This document shows positions 47,913 to 58,800 of a stretch of DNA of 60,662 nucleotides, piece after piece. The stretch's first letter is position 1; each line of letters begins with the position of its first letter. The stretch is from a virus (lineage: Duplodnaviria; Caudoviricetes): IMG/VR virus record IMGVR_UViG_3300011339_000240, positions 1 to 60,662 of that record; one strand, 5' to 3'. The notes below the pieces were generated by a model. It did no database searches. It was not told the origin of the DNA and worked only from the letters and a program-made list of their open reading frames with translations. The translations under genes were made by a program, and so were the position numbers.

Positions 47913-48214
47913 AATATGCAAACAGGGTAGACAGAAACCAAGGGGAAATCGTTGCTGCACTACGGGCTTACGGGGCTACAGTCCGAGTGGTTACCCAAGG
48001 CGGCGGCATACCTGACCTACTGGTGGGATACACCAATCCTGATAGTCTTACTAAGTACACGCTTCTGTTAGAGGTAAAGGACGGGAACAAAGTGCCGTCT
48101 GCCCGCAAGCTTACCCCGGCAGAGGAAAAGTTCTTCTTTGAGTGGACGGGTGGGATGCTGGCTATCGTGGAAAGTGCCGAGGAAGCAGTAGATATTTTGA
48201 AACATTGCCGTTAG
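47909..48214 (+). CDS. VRR-NUC-type nuclease / Holliday junction resolvase
   Basis: RVD.NQ.EIV, GIPDLLVG, LLEVKDG, LT..E..F. Confidence 0.8.
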   Translation: MKYANRVDRNQGEIVAALRAYGATVRVVTQGGGIPDLLVGYTNPDSLTKYTLLLEVKDGNKVPSARKLTPAEEKFFFEWTGGMLAIVESAEEAVDILKHCR

Positions 48215-48256
48215 CTTGTATAATTTATCTGTCTCCTTGGTCTGGCAAGACCCTTA

Positions 48257-48282
48257 CCCCTCGCTGGTCGGGGGGCTTTTTT
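48257..48282 (+). terminator. Rho-independent terminator
   Basis: CCCCTCG-loop-CGGGGGG followed by T6. Confidence 0.6.
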
Positions 48283-48381
48283 AGGAGCTAACACGCATGG
48301 GGATTGGTCTTATCGGGAAAGCTGCCGGTGACCAGCAGACACATCGTCTGACAAACCAGTCCCCAGCCGTGTTGATGTGTG

Positions 48382-48411
48382 TTGACATGTTACGAGACTT
48401 GTTGATACAAT
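48382..48411 (+). promoter_or_regulatory. Sigma70 promoter
   Basis: TTGACA-N18-TACAAT. Confidence 0.7.
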
Positions 48412-48420
48412 TCAGACAAA

Positions 48421-48517
48421 TGTTGTCGTACAAAACAACAGTAGAACCGTTATTGAAGCGCCCTCACCCAGAAATGGGTTTGTACTGAGGGCAACTTCAA
48501 TAACGGTTTTGTTTTTT
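48421..48517 (+). ncRNA. Structured leader/small RNA with kissing-loop potential
   Basis: Hairpin TGTTGT-CGTACAAA-ACAACA; long stem AACCGTTATTGAAG/CTTCAATAACGGTT containing TTTGTAC; U-rich tail. Confidence 0.55.
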
Positions 48518-48540
48518 GTGCGTCGTTTTTTAGGAAAAAA

Positions 48541-48831
48541 ATGTCACATCAATACAAAACAAAACCAACGCCGAATACCAAGCGTTTTAGAGTTCAGGAT
48601 CTTCATCAAAAAACAGATCCAAAATTTGCTGTTTTTGCCAGAACTACTTCTGGTAAATCTGCCCATTTCAGCTATTTAAGAAATGACATGGCAGAAGCTC
48701 TTGAAAACGCAAGGCATTTTGCTTCCACGCTTGTAAGCCACGGAGAGACTGATTTCACTTATTACGTTGTGGAAATCAAGCATCGCGTAGGAATTGAGCA
48801 TGGCAAACCAGTGGATGAATCAATGCTCTGA
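48541..48831 (+). CDS. Hypothetical protein
   Basis: TAGGA RBS; 96 aa. Confidence 0.6.
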   Translation: MSHQYKTKPTPNTKRFRVQDLHQKTDPKFAVFARTTSGKSAHFSYLRNDMAEALENARHFASTLVSHGETDFTYYVVEIKHRVGIEHGKPVDESML

Positions 48832-48832
48832 C

Positions 48833-49202
48833 ACATACCCTCCAAACAGGGTATGTTTGGCGTCAGGGCGCGTTAGCTAACGGGGCAGACATCTCCCGCA
48901 CCCAGAAATGACCTTACCCTTGAGTACCAAGGGCCGCATCCTAAGGAAGCCGTGCGGTACTGGCAAATGATTCAAGGCCAGTGTAAAAGAGGGTAACTAA
49001 CAGATGAGCGAGCGGTAAGATAGAAGTATCAGGGCGTACCGAAAAGCGCCACCCTCATAGAAACCGAATCCGGCACACCACCGCACTTGGGAAACCCGCC
49101 GATAGGGAATCCGGAGAACTACCCCCAACCCCCAATACCGGGGGGTTCAGAGTAGCGGCTTCCTCTATGGCGAATCCAATAGTCATTTCCTATTGATTTT
49201 TT
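48833..49202 (+). ncRNA. Candidate large structured ncRNA or origin region
   Basis: No ORF in the track; about ten helices identifiable by eye. Confidence 0.45.
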
Positions 49203-49233
49203 CCGGCGATAGAAATTATTTTATTTATACCTG

Positions 49234-49261
49234 TTGTAACGTTTACCGTCCTATGTACAAT
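49234..49261 (+). promoter_or_regulatory. Sigma70-like promoter with AT-rich upstream region
   Basis: TTGTAA-N16-TACAAT. Confidence 0.5.
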
Positions 49262-49290
49262 GAGCGCTCCTAAACCACTGGAGAACAGAG

Positions 49291-52200
49291 ATGACATGGA
49301 ACATTTTTAAGAGAGTAGCTGCACTGGAAGAGAAGGTAAAAGAATTAATGAGCTTTAGCGACGATAGCGGACGGATTGTTCGGCTAGAAGAAAAAGTAAA
49401 GCGATTAGAGAACAAGCTTTTTATTCAGGCGGTGGAGCGCAATGCATTTAGCGCCGCCCCAGTTCGTAGTGAGGGTGCGCCGGTCTTTACCAAAGATGAA
49501 GTAGCCAGAGAGAAGGCCAGAGAGAAGGAAAGAAAGCGCCAGTACCACCGCGAGTGGTACGCAAAGAGAAGGGTTGAGCTTAAGAAGGCTAGGTCTACAA
49601 AAGAACAAAAGGAAAAGAGAGCCGCCTACGCAAGAGCCTACTACCTGCGTAAAAAAGGAGAGAAGAATGCGTAAAGTAACCCTTATGGAAATGCTCAAAG
49701 AGCCGTTCAAGAAACCATCGCCCCTTGAGGTTATCGCAAGGGAACTAGCGAATGCCCACCTAGAAAAATTAGAAGCTGAGACTGCTTGCGAGTACGCACA
49801 GTCCATAGTGGACTACAACGTAAACAGAATCGCCAGACTAAACAAACGGCTGGACGAATACAGAACTGGTGAATAGCCATGAAGCTTGAACCTATGTCAG
49901 CGTATGCGTTTAGGAATAAACATAAAGTTATTCGTGAGCCACTATATGCATTACCTGAGATAGCAGACAAGCTAGGGATGGAATATGAAACTCTTAAAAA
50001 GCTTGTTCGCAATAGGTACAACAAAGTGCCTCCGCCCAAGTTTGAGATGAGTCCATCATCATCCACAAGGATGAAGCAAAACCTTTACAAACTATCTGAG
50101 TTTAAAGCTTGGATTAAAACTTTGGAGGAGTACAAATGACCCCGACTAGTATGACTAAGATGCCTGTGAGGATTAAGTATGAGTACGGCAAGGACTGGCG
50201 TATGGGCTGGGACTTAAAGTTTGCTGACGAGCTTGCCAAATATGATGCCGAACACAACGTTGGGGATGGGTCGCTCAAAGCTCGACTGCGAAAAGAAACA
50301 GGGGTTAAGGTGCTTCGTCATTGGACGCATTTCAATTTCGGCAGAACTGTTGCTGATAGAGAACTTGAGGCGTACTACGAAAAAAAGCGTGCCCATCACA
50401 TGGCGGCTTACCTTGATGATCTGATAGATAAATTGGAGGAGTACAAATGACTGAAGAAGAACTGTATGAAGCTATGGGCCGAGCCATCGACAGAGAAATA
50501 GTTGGTGGAAGTGTGGACAGAAGCGAGATAAACAAAAACCGTAAGTCAATACTGCAATCGTTTGACCACTACATACCTGATTTTCAGACCTACAGTGGGC
50601 ATGTGGATGGTCGGGCAGTGCTGGTGTATTTCAAAGACGGTGAGGAAATTGCGCGGTATGAAAACAGTGTGAAGACATACACGCCAAGGTTCAAGGAACT
50701 GTGCCACGAGTTAGTAAACGAAATGCTTGAAGGAAAAATGAAATGAAAGATACACGAGAAATCGCTGAAGATTACACCGACTGGATGGTCAAGACCGGAG
50801 GCTACGCAAGGGACATGACCATGCGTGACTATTTTGCTGCCACAGTTATTCAAGGCCATTTTGCAAGACATGGATGGGGTTCTGACCAAGAACATTTTGA
50901 GGACGTTGCACAAGGCGCATACAGAATGGCAGATGCCATGCTCAAGGAGAGAATCAAATGAAATACTGCGTAAAAACTAGAGGCGGGGAAATCCTCCCCG
51001 TGTGGCATGGCAATACATTCAAGGAACCGCACAATCAATTTGGTGAGGTGTACCACTTAGTGTTGACTACTAAGGACAAGGAGGCGGGTCACTTGAAGTA
51101 CAAGTTTGTTGGCCCCAATGACGAGTACACGATGCTGTGTGATGAGCAAGGCAACCAAGTGGAGGTGGAGCAATGAACTGCTGCGATGGCAATGGGAACT
51201 GCAACCAAGGCAGGGATTGTCCTGTACGCAAGCAGCGCATCAAAGAAGTTAATGATGCCTACATCAACGGCAAAATTGACAATAACCCCTACGATGAAAC
51301 GCTGGGTTCGTTCAGCGACTTGGTCACCGTGATTATGGTGGTGGCGTGTATCACAATGCTGTTTTTTGTGATTTGTTGGGGGATGCTATGAACATCATTG
51401 CGATGGCTGAAGAAGCTGGATTGGCTTTTAATTTTGATGGTTATCCAGACATCTGGGCTACATACACGAATATTGGGCGTAAAGAAATTGAATGCTTTGT
51501 CGCCTTAGTAGAAGCAGCAGCCCGTGCTGATGAGCGTGAAGCAATAGCGCGGATGTTTGAAGATGCGCCTGCATTGGTGCAGTTTGCACAGAATGACCAA
51601 GGCGGCTGTTTGGTTTGCGGGTTTACACCAAAGCTAGTAATTAAAGTAATCCGCGCAAGGGGAACAACATGAACAACAGATGTACTTTTAAACAAGGGAT
51701 ATTTAACTGTGGTAGTTACGCCTTTAATTTATACAAGGAAAATATAGAACAGGGCGACTATTGCGACCATCATTACTGGGAAAACCAAGCCAAGAAAGCA
51801 GCAGCACAGGAGCGTGAGGAATGCGCTAAGGTGTGTGAGGAAGATGGTTTGCTTTGGGGGCAGCGGTACGCCGCCGCGATTCGGGCAAGGGGGACAACAT
51901 GACACGGGATGAAGTTATTGAGCAAGCCGCGCTGATAGGTTGGCACGCCGTTCCTTGCGCCCTACCAAATTTAATTGCCCTCCGCGCTTACAAGTCAGAG
52001 GAGCCCAATGAGCGTATGCGCCTTAGTTCCACTGGGGCGATGTACACCCTTGGCGATGACGGTTGGATGTATCAAATCGGAACGGTTGAGGATGTGGCAG
52101 CAGCAATCCGAGCAAGGGGAACAACATGATGACACCGTGGTTCCCGCCGCACATTAAGCCGGTAAATGTGGGTGTGTATGAGGTGAAGTTCACACCAAAA

Positions 52201-53449
52201 GGTGGACACGAAAGTTATATGTATGCAGCATGGAACGGACAGCAATGGTCGCGAGGAGCGCGTTACGAACAAATGAAACTTTTCCACTCAAATTTTGCCG
52301 CTATTCAACACAAATACTGGCGCGGTTTTCTGAAGGAGCAGACATGAAAGTGTATTTGGCGTGGAATCATCAAGCGTACTGCGTGTATTGCAAACGTCCT
52401 GTGTTCACGATATTAACTAAATGTAGGAGTTGCGGAAAATGACAGGCTATCAATCAAAACGCGCTGCGGCGCAGGACAAACTGAAATGCCAATGCTCATT
52501 GAGTACAAAACTTGTCGGCAGCGGATGTCAGTATTGCAACCCTGAGTACATGGATGATGCTGACGCACAGCCAGCGCAGGAGCCTGTGGCGTGGGCGGTT
52601 GTTGGTGATGGTAAGTTTGGTGAATATGAGTTAGGACAAGTTTTCGTAGATTACGAAGCAACACATATCTACTGGAAAAACAGAGGTTACGAACTTGTTC
52701 CTGTCTACACCACCCCACCACAGCGCCAGCCGCTGACGGATGAGCAGATTGAAGATATTGCAGCGCAAACCATGTTCCCTATTAATTTTGCCAGAGCCAT
52801 TGAAGCCGCCCACGGCATTAAGGAGAACACATGAAAGACAAAGTATTGAAGATGGCGCTTGAGGCGCTTGAGTTGTTGTCGCAACAGCCGACAGACTCAG
52901 CACTTGATTACGCAGACAACGCCATCAACGCCCTGCGCGAGAGGCTGGCACAGCCAGAGCAGGAGCCTACCGAAGCATGGCCTTGCGTCATTGAAACAGC
53001 GGATTTCGAAGAAGACACCATGACTTTGGCAATGCAATGCACAGATTACAAAGTCTCCGCTGGTAAGCACTGGTTATCCACCATTCCACCACAGCGCACA
53101 TGGGTAGACCTGACGGATGACGAAAGATACGACTGCGTTCACAGCGGCGCAGAAGATTCATGGGATGTAGCTTTACTAGTTGAAGCCAAACTCAAGGAGA
53201 AGAACAATGGGTGAAATAGCAGATATGTATGACGAATATGACGGATATGACGCTGATGACAGCGGTGTTTTCAATCATGCCGAAATTAGGGAGATTGATT
53301 GGGTTACCAAAAGCGGCGCAAAAGTGATGATTAAAGACATGACCGACACGCATTTGTTAAATTCCTACAAAATGAGTAGGGATGAATACCTGTTTGCTGA
53401 ACTGGTGGTGCGTTTGTTTGAAGCCAAACTAAAGGAGAAGAACACATGA
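49291..53449 (+). other. Array of ~16 translationally coupled small accessory ORFs (49291, 49667, 49879, 50136, 50447, 50743, 50958, 51173, 51388, 51669, 51899, 52126, 52344, 52439, 52831, 53207)
   Basis: Mostly ATGA overlaps with the RBS embedded in the previous gene end; AQEPVAW and LTDEQI modules; functions unknown. Confidence 0.7.
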
Positions 53450-54117
53450 AAAATTGTTTTACAAACGCAACGGTAATGTGGAATGAGCGAGAAATCCTAC
53501 GCCGCGAATCACTGGTGCGGGAAATTCCTGCAATGCTGCTTGATGTGTGGCGTAGCTTAAACCCTGCTGTTCAAATGGAGCGCGTCGAGACACCTGTGTT
53601 GACACCTGCCGAATACCTAACAGGTCACATTGAAGCTAAGTTTGATTTGATTAACGCTGGTCGCCGTGGGTATCTACGGCCTGAGACTACGGCAGGAACC
53701 TTTGAGGCTATGCGCTTGCGGTATGAACAAGAGGCGCAGATGAAGAAGCGACTACCTATGTGCTTATGGCAAGTGGGTTTGAGTTTTAGGGACGAGGAGA
53801 ACCCCGACACCATGCGTGCCAGCAAGTTGCGGTTAGTACAGTTTTACCAGATGGAGTTTCAGTTGTTTGCAAGCTATGGAAGCAAAGCGCCCTACCTTGA
53901 AACTGCGTTGGACGCATTGACGAAAACGTATGGCGGTACATACGACATTGCTGATGAGCTACCGCACTATAGCGAGAAGACACTGGATTGGCACATTGGT
54001 GGCCTTGAAGTTGCTGGCTGCTCTGTCCGTAAAGATTGGGCGCACGGCACAGTGTTTGAAGTAGCTATTGGCATAGACAGGTTGGTGGCACTACAAATGC
54101 AGGAGAAGAACACATGA
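53446..54117 (+). CDS. Minimal glycyl-tRNA synthetase-like protein (class II catalytic core only)
   Basis: VETPVLTP, YLRPETT, QVGLSFRDE, FYQMEFQLF, LPHYS, LEVAGCSVR.D, FEVAIGIDRL. Confidence 0.8.
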   Translation: MKNCFTNATVMWNEREILRRESLVREIPAMLLDVWRSLNPAVQMERVETPVLTPAEYLTGHIEAKFDLINAGRRGYLRPETTAGTFEAMRLRYEQEAQMKKRLPMCLWQVGLSFRDEENPDTMRASKLRLVQFYQMEFQLFASYGSKAPYLETALDALTKTYGGTYDIADELPHYSEKTLDWHIGGLEVAGCSVRKDWAHGTVFEVAIGIDRLVALQMQEKNT

Positions 54118-54949
54118 ACGCACCAATGGCAAGAAAAGCATGGCTTGAATACTTACATAAAGCGGTGGACGAATTTGATTGGGGTAAAGAGTGGGAACAG
54201 GAACCTGATTTTGGGCCACAACCGGGCATGCAATTTGGCATGAACCAAGACGATTGGAAAGACATAGTTGCCGCCATATCCAAGGCGCGTGATAGCAGAG
54301 GCATATACCTAGGATGCCGCCCTGCTGATGTGTTCCAAGATTGGTTCCTAGCAATGGGCTTATTTAAACCAAAGGAGAAAACATGAAAGTTGAAGAAATT
54401 AAAGACTATGCATACCCTTGCATGATGGCAGAAAAAAAACTTAAATTAGTGCATGAACTTATGCTGCAAAACAAACATGAAGGCGCATTGTCTGAGGCAA
54501 CACTGGCAATAACTTACATTGCAGAAATGATGGAAGCAATAAAAGGAATGAAGAATAAATGAGCAAATCAAGACATTCGGAACTACGTGAAGTACTTTTA
54601 AAACATGAGGAAGGACTGACTGCGCTAGAGATATCCAAATACGTAAACATGAAATCTGACAACGTAACGCAGTCTGTGAGGACAATGGCTGACGTTTATG
54701 TTGATCGCTGGACAAAGCCAAAGAAAGGCGTTAAGTACGTTCCTGTTTACATTGCCATAAAAATACCAGAGAACTGCCCTACGCCATATGCCAAGACCTA
54801 AAACAGAAATTACAGGACAACCTACTAGAGTAGGAATACGGTTAACGCTATTGCAGCGTGACGAATACCGCAGACTTGGTGGCCCAGCATGGCTCAGAGG
54901 ACTGCTAAACCTAAACATATTAAAACGCCAAAAAAGGAAACAGAAATGA
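54114..54949 (+). other. Four small ORFs (54114-54386, 54383-54562, 54559-54801 HTH-like, 54788-54949 RHH-like)
   Basis: Coupled ORFs; GLTALEIS and LGGPAWLR motifs. Confidence 0.55.
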
Positions 54950-55719
54950 CCATCTTAAACATCAAACTTATCCGCATGGATTGCGGTACACAGTCCCGTG
55001 ACGCAAACGATCAGGAGCATATCGACTACCTAGCCGAACAGATTCAGAGCGGGGAAACACTGCCTCCTGTTACTGTAGTCCATGACGGCCTAGAGTACTA
55101 CCTAGCCGATGGATTCCACCGCGTACACGCCCACATTAAGCTAGGCAAAGCCAGCATTAATTGTGATGTTATTACCGGAACGCTACGCCACGCCATTGAC
55201 CTTAGTGGTATGGCTAACAAGACGCACGGATTGAACCGCTCCCACGCAACAAAGCGCAAACAGACCCTAATCTACTTGGAAGATTTTGAGTGGAGCGAAC
55301 TGAGTGACAGGGTGATTGCCAAGAAGGTAGGCGTTAGCCATCCATTTGTTGCAGGTTTACGCGCAGAGTTAAATGGGGATGTTAAAAAGCCACAAGCAGC
55401 AAAACAACCCAAAGCAGTAAAGAAGACTTTCCAAAAGCCGCCAGAGCCCGAAGTAGACTTGAGTGACGAGCCGGACGAGATGGTAGAGGAGTTGATTAAA
55501 GAAAACCAACGGCTATCAGACCAACTAGCTATCAAAGCCATGACAGGCACGGAAGAAGAAAAGAACCTAGCGCACGAAACCATAGAGAGTTTGCGCGAGG
55601 AACTTAGGGTAGCTAAGTTAGAACTGGTAGCAGTGAAACAAAGCCGCGATACCTACCAATCAGAAAACGCCCAGCTTAAAAAGCAGGTCGCTATGCTACA
55701 AAAGCAGCTAAAGAAGTAG
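54946..55719 (+). CDS. ParB-like protein (ParB/Srx N-domain, HTH, coiled coil)
   Basis: TQSR, LPPVTV, YYLADGFHRVHA, SDRVIAKKVGVSHPFV; start MTILN behind AAGGA. Confidence 0.85.
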   Translation: MTILNIKLIRMDCGTQSRDANDQEHIDYLAEQIQSGETLPPVTVVHDGLEYYLADGFHRVHAHIKLGKASINCDVITGTLRHAIDLSGMANKTHGLNRSHATKRKQTLIYLEDFEWSELSDRVIAKKVGVSHPFVAGLRAELNGDVKKPQAAKQPKAVKKTFQKPPEPEVDLSDEPDEMVEELIKENQRLSDQLAIKAMTGTEEEKNLAHETIESLREELRVAKLELVAVKQSRDTYQSENAQLKKQVAMLQKQLKK

Positions 55720-55729
55720 TCAATATGAG

Positions 55730-55801
55730 AAACATTCCGAGTGGTAACGTTACCACATGAGACTAATTCTAGAAACCCGTCATAAGTTGTTGATTTATAA
55801 C
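55730..55801. promoter_or_regulatory. 16-bp palindrome plus IHF-consensus box (copy 3)
   Basis: GTGGTAACGTTACCAC 55741-55756; AATCAACAACTTA on the minus strand at 55783-55795. Confidence 0.75.
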
Positions 55802-55802
55802 A

Positions 55803-58800
55803 CTAAATTTTAGCCATTTCGCGGAGATTTTTAACATTGATAGCTTTTAGCATCTCTGTTTCTGATTCTCGGAGTTGTTTAATCTGTTTTTGTTTTTCAT
55901 CGGAGTCCATGACTGAAGTTGGCAAGTTGCTAATTCTGGTCATGGCCTTGCGAATCTCACCAAGCTTTCTATCAATTCCTTGAACCGCTTTGGACACGCC
56001 AAGCTTTGCCATTACGTCTGGATCAGCAATGTACTCAGCAATTTTCTCAGGGCTACGCTGTTTGAGGTCTGACAATGTGTTGGTAACTTTTCCAACTTCA
56101 TCGCGCAGAACATAAAAGTCTGCCTTCAAAGCTGATTCTTTTTCCTTAGAAACAAAAGAACTAGCGCCCGGAAGAGTAGCCAGCATATCGCGGGCAGACA
56201 TAGTTGGTTTGTCCACATTGGGATCGCTATGCAACAAGGGGTTGGTCATGTATATGATTAGACCGCCAGCAGATCCAAACATCCCCCTCATTAAATGGTC
56301 GGCAGCTATAGGAGATACGCCAAACTTGCCCATCATCTTGGCTATTTCAGATGTAGATTCGTTGAATTGACGTTCTTTCTCTAGCCGTTTTTGGTACTCA
56401 CCAATCAACGAACGGCCTTGGAAAAAGTCATAGTTAACCAATACTTCTAAACCGGGTTTAATGGCTTGAGGAACAACAGTTGGGCTAAGGAAAGAATTAC
56501 CCAAAGCGTTTGCCATAGAGTCGCGGAACTTACGTCCATCCTCATACCCCTTATCAGTAATCATCAAGTACATATGCTCTGTGATGATCTTGGGGATGGA
56601 GAATAGGTCAGACCGCAGGGGAATACCAAATCCATTAGTACCCGGAACCATCAGCATACGGTCACGGATTGCCGCTGGTTTTTTCAGGTAGTCTTCATCA
56701 TCGCCGTTCATCATGGCGTACAGCAAAGATAAAGTCATAACCGATGCAGTCGTGCCAATCAAAGCGCCAAGCGCAGCATTGCGTTCTGTTGGTGATGTGC
56801 TTTGCAACGTTATTGTTTTAAGCATAACGTTCTGCGCGGCAAGATAAGCCCCAAAGAACGGGATCACTTGGCTTGCAATAGCCAGCGATTGACTGGTTCC
56901 CTTGCGACGGATATTCCAGATTTCAAAAGACTTCTCTAGTGCTTCTGCTTTGCTGAGTTTTTGGGCAAGTGCTGCTTCATAGGTGGCCTGACGTACGGCA
57001 TTGTCGCCTGCCATAGCAATATGCTCTAAAGAACTTTTTAGCCTACCAATAATTCCGGGAGAAGCCTTCATCCCGGCGTACACCTGAGCATCTAACCTAG
57101 CCATCTGGGAGGTAAAGTCCCTGACCCCAACAACGCCGTACTTTTTCAACTCATTGTTGGTTGCGCTACGATGAGCCAATGTTTTAGCAAACTCTTTAAC
57201 CGCACGAACCGGAATCTGCAAAGCATACTGAGGCTTCAACCCAGACGTAAACATAGCAGCAAACGAATCCTGTGGGATCTGCGCTACCGTAAACAAAGGA
57301 TTAAGAACAACAGACTGACGTAGGATGTTGGCTACAGTAGAGGCCCACTTCCAAGCTGGTATCGTTATAGATTCCAAGCCGGTAAAAGCTTCAACGAACA
57401 TGGGATCAGCCATGTCATAGAACTCTTCTTTACCATTTCTCCAAACGCGAACTGCATTGTCGCCGTCTGCTTTGCTTGCAATTTTCTTGGCTTGACCAAA
57501 TTCAGCGGCAGTATCAATCAACGACAAAGCAGAACGATTGCGGACAGCACGGTTAACCGAGTACTGCATCCAGCGATTCATGTTGTCAAAGATGTCGTTG
57601 ACGGGCTTGTTAGAACCCTTCAACTTCTTCTCTTGCGCTTGAACCATTAGGCCACGGATGTATTCCTTTGGCCCTTTGCCTTTTTCCAATTGCTCTTCAC
57701 GGAAGAATGGAACGTAGTCGGCATTACTCAAAAGGAATTCAGCTTCCTTTTTGCTCCATAGACCGCTATCTACCAACATATTGGCAGCGTTATCCCGCAT
57801 CTGATTCCATGTTTCCACTACGCCGTTCAACTCAGGAATAACTTTGAACAACTTATTGCCAGCAGCTATCTCTGCGGCAGTCATGTGGATAAATTTCTTG
57901 TCTTTAGAACGTCGAGTGGCCTTTTCTCTTAAAGCGTTTGCTGCGGTTTCCTTCCCCGGCTGTGCTGCAAGAGGGTTTAACAAGTCTTGCATTGCGTCCA
58001 TATCAAGCTTGTCCGCCTCTGCCCGCATAGCAGCTACTTCTTGATCCACCTGATTGTTGAATTGCAAAAGCGACTTCAACCGCTTGGCTTCAAACGCAGT
58101 GTGACCTATCAGTTCTGTCTGGGCTTGGGTAAGACCATACTTATCTTTAATCTCACCAAGCTGTTTGGCTAGTTCAACAATGTTTGCCTTGTCTTCTACG
58201 GCTTCGTACTTGTACAACTCTTTGTCGTATTTAAGATTGCCGGACGTAAGGAACAAGTTAGCCAATGCATCTGCGTGAACCACTTGGCTCTGACTAATGT
58301 TCAGCATCGTGCCAACGGCTTGCTCATTGTCCTTAACAAATTCCTCTACGCCCCTGCGGATAGAATTGTTTATAGCGGCATCACTAGAGAATGACCATGT
58401 TTGAAGTTTGTCACTCCATTTAACAACACCAGCTTTGGCTGCGGCAGCAGTAGCTTTTGGGTTGTCAGTTATATTATTCCAACCCGCTCTAATTTGCTCT
58501 TTATAAGTAGGATCTGGTTGTGCGCTTACACGCCCTAGCCCGCCAGTAATGTCTAAGGCTGCTTGGCCCTCTGCGGTACTAGCTTTTTCTTTGCCTGCTT
58601 GAGAACGTAGGTTCTTACGAATATCGGCATTTGTTAGGCCATAGTCTCCAACTTTACGTGGTTTTCTAACCATGACTTTTCCAGATTTTTCTGTTGGCTC
58701 AAATCCAGCGGATGCATAAAATGCGCGTAACTGACCCGCATCCATGCCTGCATTTTTTTCAAGTTGCACTGGTTCTAAATAAAGCTCAACACCAACATCG

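Noticed and set aside
48297-48488. 63-aa ORF
   Set aside because: Overlaps a long stem, a strong promoter and a leader hairpin; has an AGGAG upstream but no protein features, so left uncalled
49165-49212. OxyR-like ATAG-N7-CTAT site
   Set aside because: Only one correctly spaced unit; also explained by a terminator-like hairpin
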